64,000 bases of DNA, taken from Perna viridis. Lineage: Eukaryota. The notes beneath the pieces are model-generated. The model was not told the origin of the DNA, made no database searches, and worked only from the letters and a program-made list of their open reading frames with translations. Positions 27,105 through 42,100 of this stretch are shown one piece after another. Location of the stretch: positions 66,423,597 to 66,487,596 of the forward strand of contig CM074512.1 of the NCBI GenBank assembly GCA_037379345.1, read 5' to 3'. A program made the position numbers and the translations under genes. Each line of letters begins with the position of its first letter. Positions within the stretch are counted from its first letter, which is position 1.

Positions 27105-30100
27105 TTTGTGATCATATTTTGGTTATTCGTTCTATTCCATTAATTATCCTATTATTCACAGTTTATCAGTAGGTGCAAATGTACCTGTTTTTGAGGTTCA
27201 CCATCATCCATGACCCTTATGATAATATCATATACAGTTGATGGATCTAGAATCTCATCTGTTGCTTTGACAATGAACCCTGATACATTGACAGAGAACC
27301 GCCCCTTGTTATCATCATATAATGAAATGATGTGATTCTGGGCTTCATCTTCATCATCAAAAGTCACTTGACCTATTTCTTTCCCATGAGGGGCATTCTC
27401 TTCTATTTTGTTATCTAAAATATAAATCATAACAAATAGAAAAAAAATTATATAATTTTTTTTTTCTAGCTGTAGATAGATAGATAATTGCATATGAAAC
27501 AAACCTGTGTGGCCTAATACTAAGTAAAGATGAATCTAAACATATAACCTGAATAGATGGTTTTATTTTCGATACTTTTCCTGTGAAAGTTCAAGAGTTA
27601 ATGTTATTATATTTATATGATATGGTAACCAAACATGACATTCATGATTGTATGAAACAGTGAAACCTACCTAAACCAACTCAGTAAATAGGATCTGTCA
27701 CTCGAAAATGCTCATTTTTGTCCATTTCTGGCCATTTTTTGCTACATGTTGAGTTCAACAAGAGCAAAACAAAGAGTAAAACACATTCATCCTACAGCCT
27801 GTACCCAATGAAGGCTACCGAAGCCAAATATAGTTCGTTACAGTCATGAAGGTCAGGAGCCTCCTGAAGGGTCACTCTTGTGAAAAATTCAGGATTTTTT
27901 CCAATTTTTGGCCTCTGTTTGGCCTAAAACTGGAAGCAGTCAAAACAAGGGGTTGACATAGAAATTGTGATTACAGACATCATTCTCATTTAGATTCCAG
28001 GCAAAATAGAGCACTACAGATTAATTCTGCTCTGTCGCGGGTCTGAAAAATGAACCCTACTCCCTAAAAGATCTCTTTTTTTTTGTCAGCGGAAACTTGT
28101 GCCGTCTTCTTTCAGCTTTCAAGTCATTATTTTTTAACAAACTCTATATCAGATAGCCTCATTTTAAAGTAGTCACGCTGCTTGCAAAAGGATATAAATT
28201 GTGCTTTCCTAAAGTAAGATTAAAACTGCCAGGACCAATAAAGCAGAACCAGGGCCAATCCCAAAAAGGTCCAGGCGCAGCATGACAAGGGTTAATAGTG
28301 TGTACTGTAAATAATTCTCAAGAGTATCAAATCTACTTTCCTTCAATAGGAAAAAAAATCTATAAATTGATTCAGGTTTTCTCTTAAGGGGTGGTAATTC
28401 ATATTTTACCATCAGCTCTCAATAACCACTTCCAGGTCAAATGGCCACACCCCTATGTAGTACCAAAAACACACAGAACCTAAATCTATACATTGTAAGT
28501 GCATTATTTGTGTGTATTCTGATCAAAAGTAGTAAAAAAAAAAGCTGAGAATGTGTACTTAACAATTATATTTGTAATTTACTACATAAGTGTATGAATA
28601 TTGCTTACATGTATGAGTAATTTGCCTCCATGCTGTCAGTTAGCAGAAAAGGTAAAAATGTGGTTTTTCAGTACTATTCAAGTAAATTTTGTTTAGAATT
28701 TCTACAATCATCATACCATTAGCATGATTTCGGAAGCCTTATTTTTCAAGCTATGCAATGGTATGCAACTTTAACATGTCATTTGTCCTGGGAATTCACA
28801 GTTGAACTTTGAAAATTACTTTTTACTTGAAACAAAATAAAAATGAAATGAATAAAAAAAAAAGAAAAAAGAAAAGAAAACTAAATTGATATTGAAATTT
28901 TGAATCATTGTATTGTGTGGATGTGTATTTCTAGTACTGGTGAAAGTGCCAATCCCATTGTAAATAATTAATCTTTTTGAAAATACAGAAAGAACAAATT
29001 ACCATACCATAAATATCTCACGACTTCAAAGGTCCAACGCCATCAGCACTATTTATTTAACATGTACAGTAATGGAAACGTTAGAAGTGGTTAGTGAGAC
29101 TTTATGGCCTTACTGATATTGGTGGGTAAAACTCTAATCTCAGGACATTTTTCAGTAGCTTATTTAGTCTCTGTTTATGAACCAACAGCCTTAATTCCCT
29201 AGTAACACATTACTCCAACCATTTTTTTCTGATCCCACCAACAGTCGTTCTTACTAAGTACATCTTCTAAAATAATCTCCATACAAGGCAACCATGCAAG
29301 ATCCCAAAAGACAGTCAAGACTGTAAAAACTCCCAAAACCAAGCTTTGTTTATTTGTGTAACTTGTATTTTAAACTATAATAATTCAAAAACCTTCATGG
29401 TTTTTGTATTTTAGCCAAACCTCAAATTCACATGGTAATTAAATGTAAAATTTCCCATTAAGTATAAGAAATTCAAAAATCCAAGAAAACAAAATTCTCT
29501 AATCATGAAAACAGACTGAGAAAACAAATTACTTCACCTTTTTATCATCAATATGATTCAAGGTTTTGTCTATCAGGAACAGAGCTATATGTACTTAAAT
29601 AACCGTGTATTTGGTTGATAATTCCCTGCTATGTTGTTATATCACAATCACTTCCTTTAATATGTAAATTATTCACTTCCGATACATGTCAATTCCTACA
29701 GAACAATTTTGAGCCATTCATATTTCAGAGCATCTGGACATAAAGGACATCACTGACAGTTTGTCCCTATAAATTACCTACTGATGTCATTGTCTTGTAG
29801 ACATCCCTCCTCCAAACATCTTTGTTTCATGTATCAATACAGAAAAGATAGATGTAAGACACAGACAAAAAATACCAACCACTCAGCTGGATATTTTTAG
29901 GTGGATCATTCTGATTGGTCACTTCAACAACGAATGAGAACTTTTTACTTTTGACAGGAACCAGTCCACTGTCAGTGACATCTATCTCCAAAGTAAACTG
30001 ACTGGTTTCTTCATAATCCAGTCTACAAGTTCCACCACCTTCTGACAAACAACCTGCATTACTCTCAGCAACCTGCCAAATTTACAAGTAAACTACTTAT

Positions 30101-33100
30101 AAATCTAACATGAGTTAGGCACAGTCTACAAGGCCACAACGAAGCACCTATACATTTATAATACTTTTGTAAAATCAGAACAGTAATTAAAACTCAAATT
30201 TTTCATTTATTATTACTGATTTATAGATAAGTTTTATTTGATATTGATGATTTTAAATTTCTATTAAAATAACAAGTTTTTAATGATAATTCAATAAAAA
30301 TATTCAAGAATTTTCCACATTTTATTTAAATGTAAGGAAACCGATAAGAAACCTTTATCTGATCTCCATCAACCTTGAATCTACCATCAGCACTGTTAAC
30401 CAGAACAAATCTGAATGTTTGGATTGGCTCCACTGCATTGTCAGGATCAGTAACCAGTACTCTCCCTACAACTGTATCCATGTCACTGCTTTCTGGTACC
30501 TAAATGTTATGGTTATAATTAACAGCCTTTCCAAAGCACACCAATACACCCATCCCTCTTTTTAATGTATGCACAAATTTTATAGAATTTTAACAGGGAA
30601 TCTATACAAAAAACAGGCAGTGGGTGGCACATGACAAATTTTGTTTTAAATTGGTTTTCTCCCATTTCATACCCAAAATCCATCCTTTCTCAAAGTTGAA
30701 CTTTGGTTTTTGGTTTACTTCAACGATCAAAGATAAATCAATTACATACCGGTAGAAAACATTGAAATCCAATGAAGAAATGGTGACAACTCTTTAATTT
30801 GAAGTAAAATTTAGTTGCTTTGTTAGGGAACTTTAAAAATATTTTCAGAGTCATCCATTGTTGATTTAAAACCAATTTTATACTATTGACACACATATGA
30901 TATATTCCTTACATTAGAACAAAAGATCCAGAAGGATAAAATTACCTGTGCCAGGTATCACAGGATCTGCCTGATATTCCCACTGACAGCCTCTTAATAA
31001 CTTAATGAACTTGTCCTTTTCTGTGTAAGGGTTTGTAGCAAACTACATTGGACAGTTTACGGACAGCTTAGAATTGGGATAAATTGGAAAGCTTATAAGC
31101 TATCAAGTAGAGAAGGGGTACCATAATACCAAAATCTTGAGTTTCAAAATTATTAATTTCTGCAATAGATGACAAGACAAACATTCCTGATAACTAATTT
31201 TTCTGTCCATCCTAAAGTCCTCAAAACAATTAATATGTGAGCAATGGCTTACTAGTGATATGTACCCCCTTTTCCATCAAGATATATGGAAAATTCCTGC
31301 CACAATACAATATACCCATATAAAGCTGCCACAATACAGTATACCCATATAAAGCTGCCACAATACAGTATATCCATATAAAGCCACCACCATATAAAGC
31401 TTTGTATAAAATATCAACACCCTGCAATGTACAAAAGCTGAAACTTTGTAACAAAAAATACAAGATAGAATGATGGACACAAGTAAAACAGTATATATAC
31501 CCCCTCCTACAGTGCGAGGCTATAAGAATTAATAAAACATTTTGGATTACTCAGATTTCACAATACCTTGTAGTTGTCTAAAGTCACGTTTGAAGTTTCC
31601 TCATTAATATTATCCACATTGATGGTGACATTCTTGGTGAGTGCCTCAGATGGTGTACCAGAATCCTCAGCAGTAATGGATACAATGTATTCCTTCTGAG
31701 TCTCATAATCTATTACAGCATCTTTCTTAACCTTTTTAGTAAAATAGATGTAGTTCACATGGTAAATTTCTTAAATCTAATTCATAATTTATGTCTCATT
31801 TTTTATGTCTCAATTTTTTTAACCAAGACAATATCAAAGTTTTGTTATGAAATAATACAATTTTATGGTCTTGTATATTCAAGAATTGTATTAAATAACT
31901 GCTTAAGTTTCATTCCAATCTCTTAAATAGAATGGGGAAGAGACCACAAATTTGAAACAAACAGACAGACAAATAGATGGACAAAATAACAGGGCAAATA
32001 TAATCAATCCCCTGTTCAACAATTGGTTTTCATTCCATGACCTAAAAAAAAAAACACATCAAACTTAAATTTGAAAAGTCCACTGTACACAAGTCAGCTT
32101 AAAATTTCATAGAAATCATCTTATCCTCTATGTCAATCCATGCAATATTTTTTTCCATATTGATAGATTTTCTACAAATATTTCTTAAAGCTGCATTAGC
32201 TGCCAAATTTGTTTAGTTCTGATTCCACTGAATTTTGCTGATTCAATGAAATAAGTTTGTAGTATTGCAACTGAAGCAATAAATGTCGATAATACCTACA
32301 GAATATTGTGAAAACAATATTTTTTTAATCAAGGAAGATTGATTGCTCCGATCTAATTATTTTTTGCCATTACTTCCAGGATGAAATAACAAGGATATCA
32401 TAAAAACTTGAAGGTGTTGATAAATCATCCCTGATAATGGTGCATTCACACAGTCAAATAATGCACACTCAATTCACATTAAATGTGAATTCTAATTCAG
32501 TTACACATTCACATATAAAAAGAATTTCCAATTAATGCTGAAATAAAGCACATTTTATAATTTGCTTCTGGATAGTTTTCCATAATGCGAATTCAATAAT
32601 TCATATTCCTTTCAGTAAAAGTGAATTCTTAAAAACAAATGCGTAATTTATCAATGCAATTTGAATGCCTGTGAATGTAAAGCGAATTCATATATGCATT
32701 GATGCAAATTCACAATATGTCTGAATGCAGCAAGAGTAACAGTTGTACAGTAAAACCTTACTAAAGTGACCTTCCAAGGAAGAGCAAAATCTTGGTCATA
32801 TAAGACAGGTGGTCTTTAAAAACAGGTTAATATAACATAGAATGCACTACACAGATATATTTCAATCACAGTCTCATAACACAGATCATTCCTGAATGCA
32901 GGTGGTCTCCAAGTTCGATTTTACTACACCAGAAGACATTTAGCCAGTCATTACCTCCATCATTAAAATTATTCAGTACATTGGAGAGTAAATAGGTATT
33001 GTACAGTGTAACCTGGCTAAATCAAACCCTTAAAAACCAATCACCTGTCTATACCAGACAATTTTTTTTAAAATTCTTTGGTGTCAATTTAGAAGTATTT

Positions 33101-36100
33101 TGAACCTGAGTAAACTAAACACCTGCCTAAACCAAACAAATTCTAGTCCAAAAGGGGTTTCATTTAAACAGGTTACACTGTAAAATATTAGCCATTAATG
33201 TTACCCTTAGTAAGTTGCCCTGTAATTCAAATACACTACTATCTCCACTGATTGTAAAACTGTGAGTCTGTCCTTCATCTGGATCAAGGGCAGATAACTC
33301 TTTTATGTCAACATCATCAACATTCTCTCGGATCCTTAAACTAGTACCATCTTCTCCATTAAATAATATGTCCTGCATAAAAGATTTTTCTTTACCAGAG
33401 AAAGAGCTATAACTGGCATGATAGTGTACAATATCAATGGCATAAACACATTTTCAAGCAGATATATCAAGAATGATTATACCAAATAGAGGTACGATCC
33501 TACATGTAAGATGTAAAGATCGATCGATTGATAATGGTTTAATGTCCTATGTAAGGTTTTTTATGCATTTAAAGATAAGAAAGGTTGACCATTGAACAGA
33601 ACCTGCTTTGTACTAGTCCAACTTGCTGAGCCAGGAGTTTGTGCTAAAATGGGAAGCAAAAATTTAGGCAAAAAAAAATGTTTCTCCTGCTACCCTACCA
33701 ACCTTAGTTTTTTGTGCCTACACTTAACATTTTATGGGCATTTCGGCTCAAGCACTGTTTACTTAAGATTGCTACCCCATTAACTCAATGTAAATTGTTT
33801 TTGAATAATAACATAAATTTCCTATCTATCTACCCTATTTTTGTATTGCTGGTAGCAGGAAACAAGACTATTATTTTCTTTGGCCTTACAATATGTCAAC
33901 TATGACAACAAAATCCATGGCCAATATTTACCTTGGGAGGATCATTTTGGTCCACTATATTTATTGTGTACACTTGATCTACAATAGAACCTTGATGATC
34001 TTGCACTACCATGGTGACAGTATAAACTGATCTATCTGCAAACTTCAATACCTTCTTAGTGGTGAGCTCAGCAATACACTGGGTCCCTGTTGTATTCTGA
34101 AATAGAACCAGTCAAAATTTCTCCACCATTCATAATTTCTTTTGTTGAGATTTTTTTTCTTTTTTTTTTCTCTCTTACACTTCTGAAAATTTCTGATTTT
34201 CAGAATGTTGTAAAGTTAATCATGTAAACAAAAATAAAAGGAAATGCTGTAATCTCTGTCTAATTTTACATATAAAAAGATTGTAATTGAAGGGAATGAT
34301 AGGTACTTGGAGGCTGAAAAACATTGAACAACTTACACCAAAAAGCTCCTTAGCAACAAATCAAAGGCATTTAATAATGTCAAACTATATTACTGTTATA
34401 GAATGATCTAATGAATTAACAATAACAAATAATCCTTCACTTTTGTATTTACATGTTTAGTAAACAAAATTGTTGAACTGCTCAGGACTTTGGCTTCCAT
34501 GATGCAAAAAAAATATCATCATGAATCTCGATTAAAAGGCAGAAAGAAAATTAACATATAATGGGAAAAAAAACTGTTCTATCTTACCTGCTGACCACAA
34601 AGAATGTTGGTCAGATTAAAATCTTGACTGACTCCCTGAATCTCTACTGTCAAGGACTCAGCAATGTCAGGGTCAACTGCAGTTACCATACCAACCACAG
34701 TTGCTATAGGTGATGATTCTGGTACAGATAGGGTTGTGTCTCCTGAGAATGCAGGGTTCTCATTGATATTCAGGACTTCAACAGATATAACTGTGTTACT
34801 CTGAAATAAAGGTGTAGTAAATGAATCTAGTGTTATCAGGCTCATATGTACTTCACCGGTCTTCAAACTGGACACTCACAACCAAAAAGTATCAGTAGTT
34901 CCTTTAAAGGATTTCTGTATAATCAGTCCCATCCAAGCTGTTATATTAACACTTTACTGAAGTAAGAAGGAAATCTGACCAAATATAGATTTATCCAGGA
35001 GTTAACTTAGTGAAGAAAGATGGACAGACAAAGAAACAACCAAAAGTCATCATACCTTTTCCACATTTGTTGCTTTGTGTAAATTAATTTGTTTTTTTAT
35101 GCAATTTATCGTCATGAAATAAACTAATAAATGAAATCTGATCTTAAACATCATTATCTCTGTTATCATGGACAAAAACATTTTCAAAAAGCATAAAACA
35201 CACAGATACAATATTTTGGTGTTTTTATCAAATATACAATAATTATTGAAAAAAAATGAAGACCAATTAAAATATCAGTATTCAAAATTTGTAGTGAAAT
35301 GAAAAAAGGGCCATAACTCTTAAAGGGAAATGTACTACAAGGAAATCTGTATAAACTAAACCAGTTTAAAATTGGTTATGTTTAGTTCGGACATGTGTTT
35401 TACCAAGGTTCAAAATACATATAGGGGCAACTATTTCACCGTACCTGTGAAAAAAAGTTGTTTTGGGGCCAGCTGCAAGGATTTCCTCATCACTTATTAA
35501 AGACCCATGGGTGGCATTTAGCAGACATTTTTTTCACCCCAGTGAGGTTGTTGTCTCTTTGACATATTCAACATATCCAATCTCAGTATATTTAAACTGA
35601 TATAAAGGGTTCTTTAAAAGTGCCTGCTTTAGACAGGTTTTGGAATTATTACAGGGTCAATTTAGAAAGGCTCCATTGTAAATCCTGTAATCAAAAGGCA
35701 CCTGCATTTTGACTAAATGTTTGTTTCAGTTTTAAAAAATATGGTTAAGCAGTTCTTCATTATCATCAGGAAGCCAATATTGTGGCAGACAATTTAACAA
35801 ATAGAGTTGAATATGAGGCTTCCTTCTCTTGGTTAAGTAAACATACACTAGCAACGGGACTTCCATTGTCTGTTGCTTTGATCGTTAGGTTATATCTTGC
35901 TTGTTTTTCATAATCTAATGATTGCTTAGCAACCAAAGTATTATCTTCCTTCAAACTGAAGAGTTCTGTGTTGTCAAGCAACTGTAAGGTAACTGTCTGT
36001 CCATTATCCTGGTCTGTAAATGTCACTAATCCTGAAAAAAAAATTACACATTGAAGGCATCTTTATTAACAGGTGTCAATTTTCTACTTTGTCAAAATTT

Positions 36101-39100
36101 TGCTGGTTCAAGGAGTTTTGAATTCATGGATTTCAGATCCTATAGTATTTTAAAAACATATTCATTTTGTTCGAAATTTAATCAATGGTTTCATTGTCCA
36201 CAAAAACCATAAAAATTTAAACCAATGAATTCTTCCACAGTAGTATTAGCTGCCTATTAAACGATTTTTGTTCTGATATTCAGATCCACTTTAAGTCACA
36301 TTGTTTTGGGAATTTCTGTTGTTTTTTCACTCATCCTCCATGTCACCTTATGTGATGTTTCCTGAAATATTATATAGCTGATCTTCTTTGTATTTCTTAT
36401 GGGTTTAAAAACCCTGAACATTGTGTTTTAAGTGAATTAGACTCAAGTCCTCAAGAACATGTGCTCATGATTTTTATCAATCATGCAACCTTTTTCACTC
36501 AAACAACCAGTATTTAAAAAGCCATTTTCAAATTGCAAGTGTTTACCAATTTCCAGATCAGCCTGGGAGTTTTCAGGAATGGTGTTCCCAGCAATATCAA
36601 CAACAGGTGGGTCATTGATGTCAATGATGGTTAATGTCAAGGTCTTCTCATATGTCAATGTTGGAGTGCCATCATCAGTGACCTTCACCTTGATAGTCAA
36701 GGTCCTTTCATATTCATAATCTAAGATACAAGGCTTATTGTTGCACAGCTCCTTTGATTCTTTAACCTGTACAAATTACAAAGAACAAAACATCAAATAT
36801 CCAGTTTCAATATTTGATTTTTAACTTAATTGTTTTCAAATATTTATATAGCTGTAAGAGCTTTTTATGTAGGACAATGGAACAATAATACCTACAGGAA
36901 TCTGAGAAAAAAATCTTAGCTTCTATTAATGTTTATTTTTAGTAACACAGAATACACTCTCAAAAGAAAAAAGACATTTGAATATGTTTAACAAAAATCA
37001 CAAACAATAAAAAAAACAACAGGATAGTCAAAGACCAATAAAAATCTGTTGAGTTCTGTATCTAGAACATGACTGCCTACTGTCTACCGGCAGTTTACAG
37101 TTCCGCAAAGAGAAATGGTCACTATTTACCAGCAACTGACTGTCCTGTATCAGACACTTGCCTGGTCACTACTTACCTGCAATCGACTGTCCTGTACTTG
37201 ACACCTGCTTGGTCTCTACCTACCCATAATTGACTCATGTACCCGACACCTGCCTTGTCACTATTTACCAGCAATTGACTGTCCTGTATCTGACACCTGC
37301 CTGGTCACTACTTACCTGTAATTGACTGTTCTGTATCTGGAATCTGCCTGCAGAATTATCTACCAACTCATACGTAAATGTCTGTGTAGGATTATTGGTA
37401 TTATCAGGGTCAATTGTAGATAGTTCACCTACTGGAGTACCTGGAGCACTGTTCTCAGCAATCTACAAATATGTACTTAAATAGTTAATTAATCAGCTCA
37501 GATTTTAATTGAATAAAGGACTTCTATTTTACTACTTCAGCAACAGCCAATCAATTTCTGATAAACCATGCTGTATAGGCAAAATAAAAATAAAATAGGC
37601 TCAACAAGCAACCATTTAAGTCTAGATTGTTCCTAATAAACTTAATGTAAAATATTCTTGAAAAATAAAATAATTTCCCTTCCTACCTACCCTATATTTT
37701 TCTTGTTGGTAGCAGGTGCTATGAATTTGTATTTTCATCTGTTTTATGTTTTATTCATACTTTATTTCCGTATTTTTCTAGTGACGACATATATTTGTAA
37801 CATTGACATTGAGGGAGGATGCAAACGACTTTTGTATCCTGTGGACAAGTTTATTCTGTGTGTGATGTTTCTGAATGATTTATGTCCATATTAATTGTTT
37901 ATGTGTATGATAGTATTGTTGATGATGTGAGGAAACAACCGAATAAACGTATATGTTTTTTTCTATAACCTGAACGATAATTGTTACAATGCAACACAAC
38001 ACAATTACGCAACACTTAATCAAGAATGGTAATTTTTACACTTCGTCCCAGACAGAAAAACTGTTAGCATATATTGTTGGAAAACACTACCTGTACACTA
38101 CTGATGATTATCTGAATACTTATTAAGAACTTATTGAAGTTGTGCTATTTATATTTGCAGTAAAAAACAATCAAAACCAGAGAAATTAGACAATCCCAGC
38201 TTTGATATAGAGAAATTAGACAATCCCAGTTTTGATATAGAGAAATTAGACAATCCCAGCTTTGATACAGAGAAATTACATGATCCCAGCTTTGATATAG
38301 AGAAATTATACGATCCCAGCTTTGATATTAATAAAAGACTGAAAGGGATATATTTGTTTACACCAGTTTCCAGCCTTTTGTTTAGTGGAAATTTAGATTT
38401 ATTGACATATTTTTGTTTTAAAAAGATTACAAAATTAAGACAAAAGAGATTAATAAGCTGTCACAACATTTACACACCACAATGAAATCACAAAGTATCT
38501 TTTATGCAACTGCAAATAATTTCTTATGAAATTCAGAGGTTTGTAGGTGGTTTTTGTACATTGGCCACATGTTTCAATAAATTAAATATTTTGTCAAAGT
38601 TTGTCTTGATACAATAAGCTTTCATGGCTGCAGTAGTTACATTGTTACCCATGTGGCCAATATCTCTGGCAAAAAAAAATCTAATGAAATAACATGTTTT
38701 CCACCAATTTGGCAGAATTATGCATGAAGATAAAAACCATTCTATGCATGGTTGAACAATAAAAAGGGTTTTGTTGGCAAAGGATGTGGACATTTACTTA
38801 TATACTATGCAATATCAATGATTATTGATCAAATTCATTTTCAGGAATATGGGTCTTACTAGCTCAATTTATCATGTCCAGCATAACATTTACAGTTCTT
38901 GTGTTGTTAAGAGTAAAGTATCAGTCAACAATACATTAAAATTCCAAACATAACATGAAGCTGTACACTTTGTCCTGCAATGAATACCTCCATTCATACA
39001 GGAAGTTGATATCGGAAAGAAATCAAAATTACTTATAACATATGCCCCATCTATATGAAGCCACATATCATATTTGAAATCAATCTATCCATAAAATAAA

Positions 39101-42100
39101 TAGGAGCCAAGATAATAGCGACAAAAATTTTGATGGACGGACAGACAGAATGACTGACAGACAAGGTGATTCTAATATACCATAGACTCATTGAGTGGGG
39201 GCATATCATATTTTCCAGACTATAAGTCGATATTTTTTTTCAGCAAAGTGTCAGCCTTGACTTATCATCCACTTCAACTTATATAAGGATTTTTCAAGAA
39301 AAAAATGTTCTTCTACAATGAATACAATGCATTTCATTAGATTTGTTTAGTTCAATTTTGATTGATTTAATTCAAATTTTTTGGTAATCTACAATCAACG
39401 AAAGCCGTTTAACAGTCAAACAGTCAAACTGGCAATTGAAATATTACTGATCACTGCTGCTACCCTTAATGAAAAAGGTGTGTTAACACTTGTTGAAGAC
39501 CTTTTGGTAATCTCTAAAAGTATTTATTGTTTTGGATTTAGGTTATATGCATTTGATGCATCTCACCATATCTGTTTTTTTTTTTTTTTATTTTATCCAT
39601 TACCTGGTAACTAGATAATTGTATATCTGTTGGCTCTTCATTGACATTGACAATTTGGACAACAATATCCTTGTCATAAGACATTGGAGGGCTTCCACTA
39701 TCCGTTGTTGTCAAGGTAACCCTGTAACTAGTCCCCTTCTCAAAATCAACTGTTGCTGTATCTGATGTCTGAAAATGAAGTTTAGTTAAAAGTTTTTTTT
39801 TGCACAAACACATGGAACAAACATAAACTTTCAACTAACAAAAGTAATTAAATTCAAAATGTTTTGATACCAAATTTTAAATAGAACTCGAATGAGTTGT
39901 CAGTGTGCATGAAAATACCAGTAACCTACAGAACATGAAAAACCCTGAATTTGGATCATTTCTTGTTTCATTCATGCATATTTACAAATAATGGCCAATC
40001 TTTGTATAATTGTTTTTATAAAATCTCAATAAATGATTTAAGAGTAGAATTAACAAACTTTGGAAGACACTGAGAACATCATCACGATACTCAATTGGTT
40101 TATGTAAATCCATATGATAATTACAGGTGTTAAGAACACCTGGAGAAATATCTTATGCATATATAGCACAAGTTCCACACACACATTAAAGTCTAATGTT
40201 CTTGGGAAACCGTGATAATTTTTTGGATCAATTATCCTATAAACCTTTAATAGATGTCCATCTATGACAAACAGTCCTGATGGGTCATTGATGGAGTACA
40301 CATGTTGATCAGCTGGGTCTTCATCAACACTGGACAGTTGACCAATCACAGTACTTAATTTATTCTCCTCAACAGACACTTCTGTTACAATTGTACCATT
40401 AATTAGAATATCCTAAAGAAAAATATTTTCATACTGTTAATAGGGAAAAATTCATTTTTCTAGTCATTCTTAGGGAATATAATCATGAATAAATTGCTTT
40501 TACCAAGTGGAGCAGGATACGACCACAGTGGTCGAACCCAGAATAGTAGGGGCAAGGCTGGACACAATTTTAGTTTTTGAAGCACTTAAGCATATGGACT
40601 TACAATTTATTATGAACACAACTGGTTCAGACACTATATTGCCCAACATTTTAAATTCAATTAATGATTTTCAAAATTTGATGAAATATAAAACAGTCGT
40701 TCCATTTAGGTGTGGCCCCTTTGACCCCATTTAACTTGGAAACAGTAAAGATATCTGAACTCTGATTAAAAAAAAACACAGACAGGGATTTTTATAAGGA
40801 ATCCTATAAAAAAAAATTGAAATAAGACCAAAAATAAAAAAAAGTAGATTTATTAGGGTATGGTCTGACCCCTTATAGCACAAAAACTATAAGGGATGTC
40901 AAAAAACTGATTGAAAAACACAATAAAAAAATGTTTGCAGACAGGGATTTTTGTTTTTTTTTCAATGAGGAACCAATTAAAAAAAATGTTTTCAATCGGA
41001 CCAAAACTGAAATAGTTGATTCATTATGTGACCCCCTGTAACTTGAAAAAAAATAAAAATCTGCTGATATATTTGTTTACCAGATTTAAATAAAAAAAAA
41101 TAAAAAAAGAATAATTAAAATCAAAGAAAAAACAAATATTTTAATTGGGCTGTAATAAGACACCTAATTTTACCTATTTTGGCCCTTTTTTTCTAAAATG
41201 GTAGGGGTCACAAAGTCCAAATTATATAGAAACCTTCCTTTAATGATTAGTTAAATCATATAAAAATTTCAGAATAATTGGTCAACCATAACTTATGTTA
41301 TTGCACAGAAACGAAGTGTCCTGATTGCATAAACTGAAGACTTGAGAAAAATCTTACGGATTTGAAGAACCCAAATTTGAGATTTTTTTTATGAAACCAG
41401 TCCCTGATGTCTATGTAGGATCAATAGACCCAAACATTAATGCCCATGTCATACCATAAGCTTGGGACATTAAAATATACATAACACTTACTGATGCAGC
41501 ATCATTAACATTTAGGACTTCCAGGGTAACATTGATGACTTGACTTAAGCCAGATTTATCCTCAGCTTTGATGGATATGGGTATGGTTGGTTCTGTCTCA
41601 TAGTTAAAGGAACCATAGGAGATAAGCAGAGCTCTACAGTAAACATTCACCTCCTATAAATATTCAACAGTTCTAATATTGTTAGCTTAATTTTCACGAA
41701 AGTTTCACATTCTTTCATATTTGCAAATATCTAATTATGTGTCTTAGAAAAAATGATTAAATTAAGAGGGTGTCTATTGAAGACCAAGGAAGAAGGTGGC
41801 ACATGCCCAATTATGCTTTTAAACATTTTTCATCCATTTAAGATCACAAACTCATGTTTTCTAAAAAACAAATGTTTGTGATTTTTGGCAACGGCCAGAA
41901 TGAAATGAATTACATCAAAAGCATTACAAATTTTAAAACAAAGGGAAATAACTTCTTTCATCTGTGTATAAGTCTCACTAACCACTTCCGGATCAAATGG
42001 CCACCCCCTTATATAGTACCAAAAACACACTGAACCTAAATATATGCATTGTAAGTGCATTATTTATGTGTATTCTGATCAAAAGTAGTCAAAATAAAGC

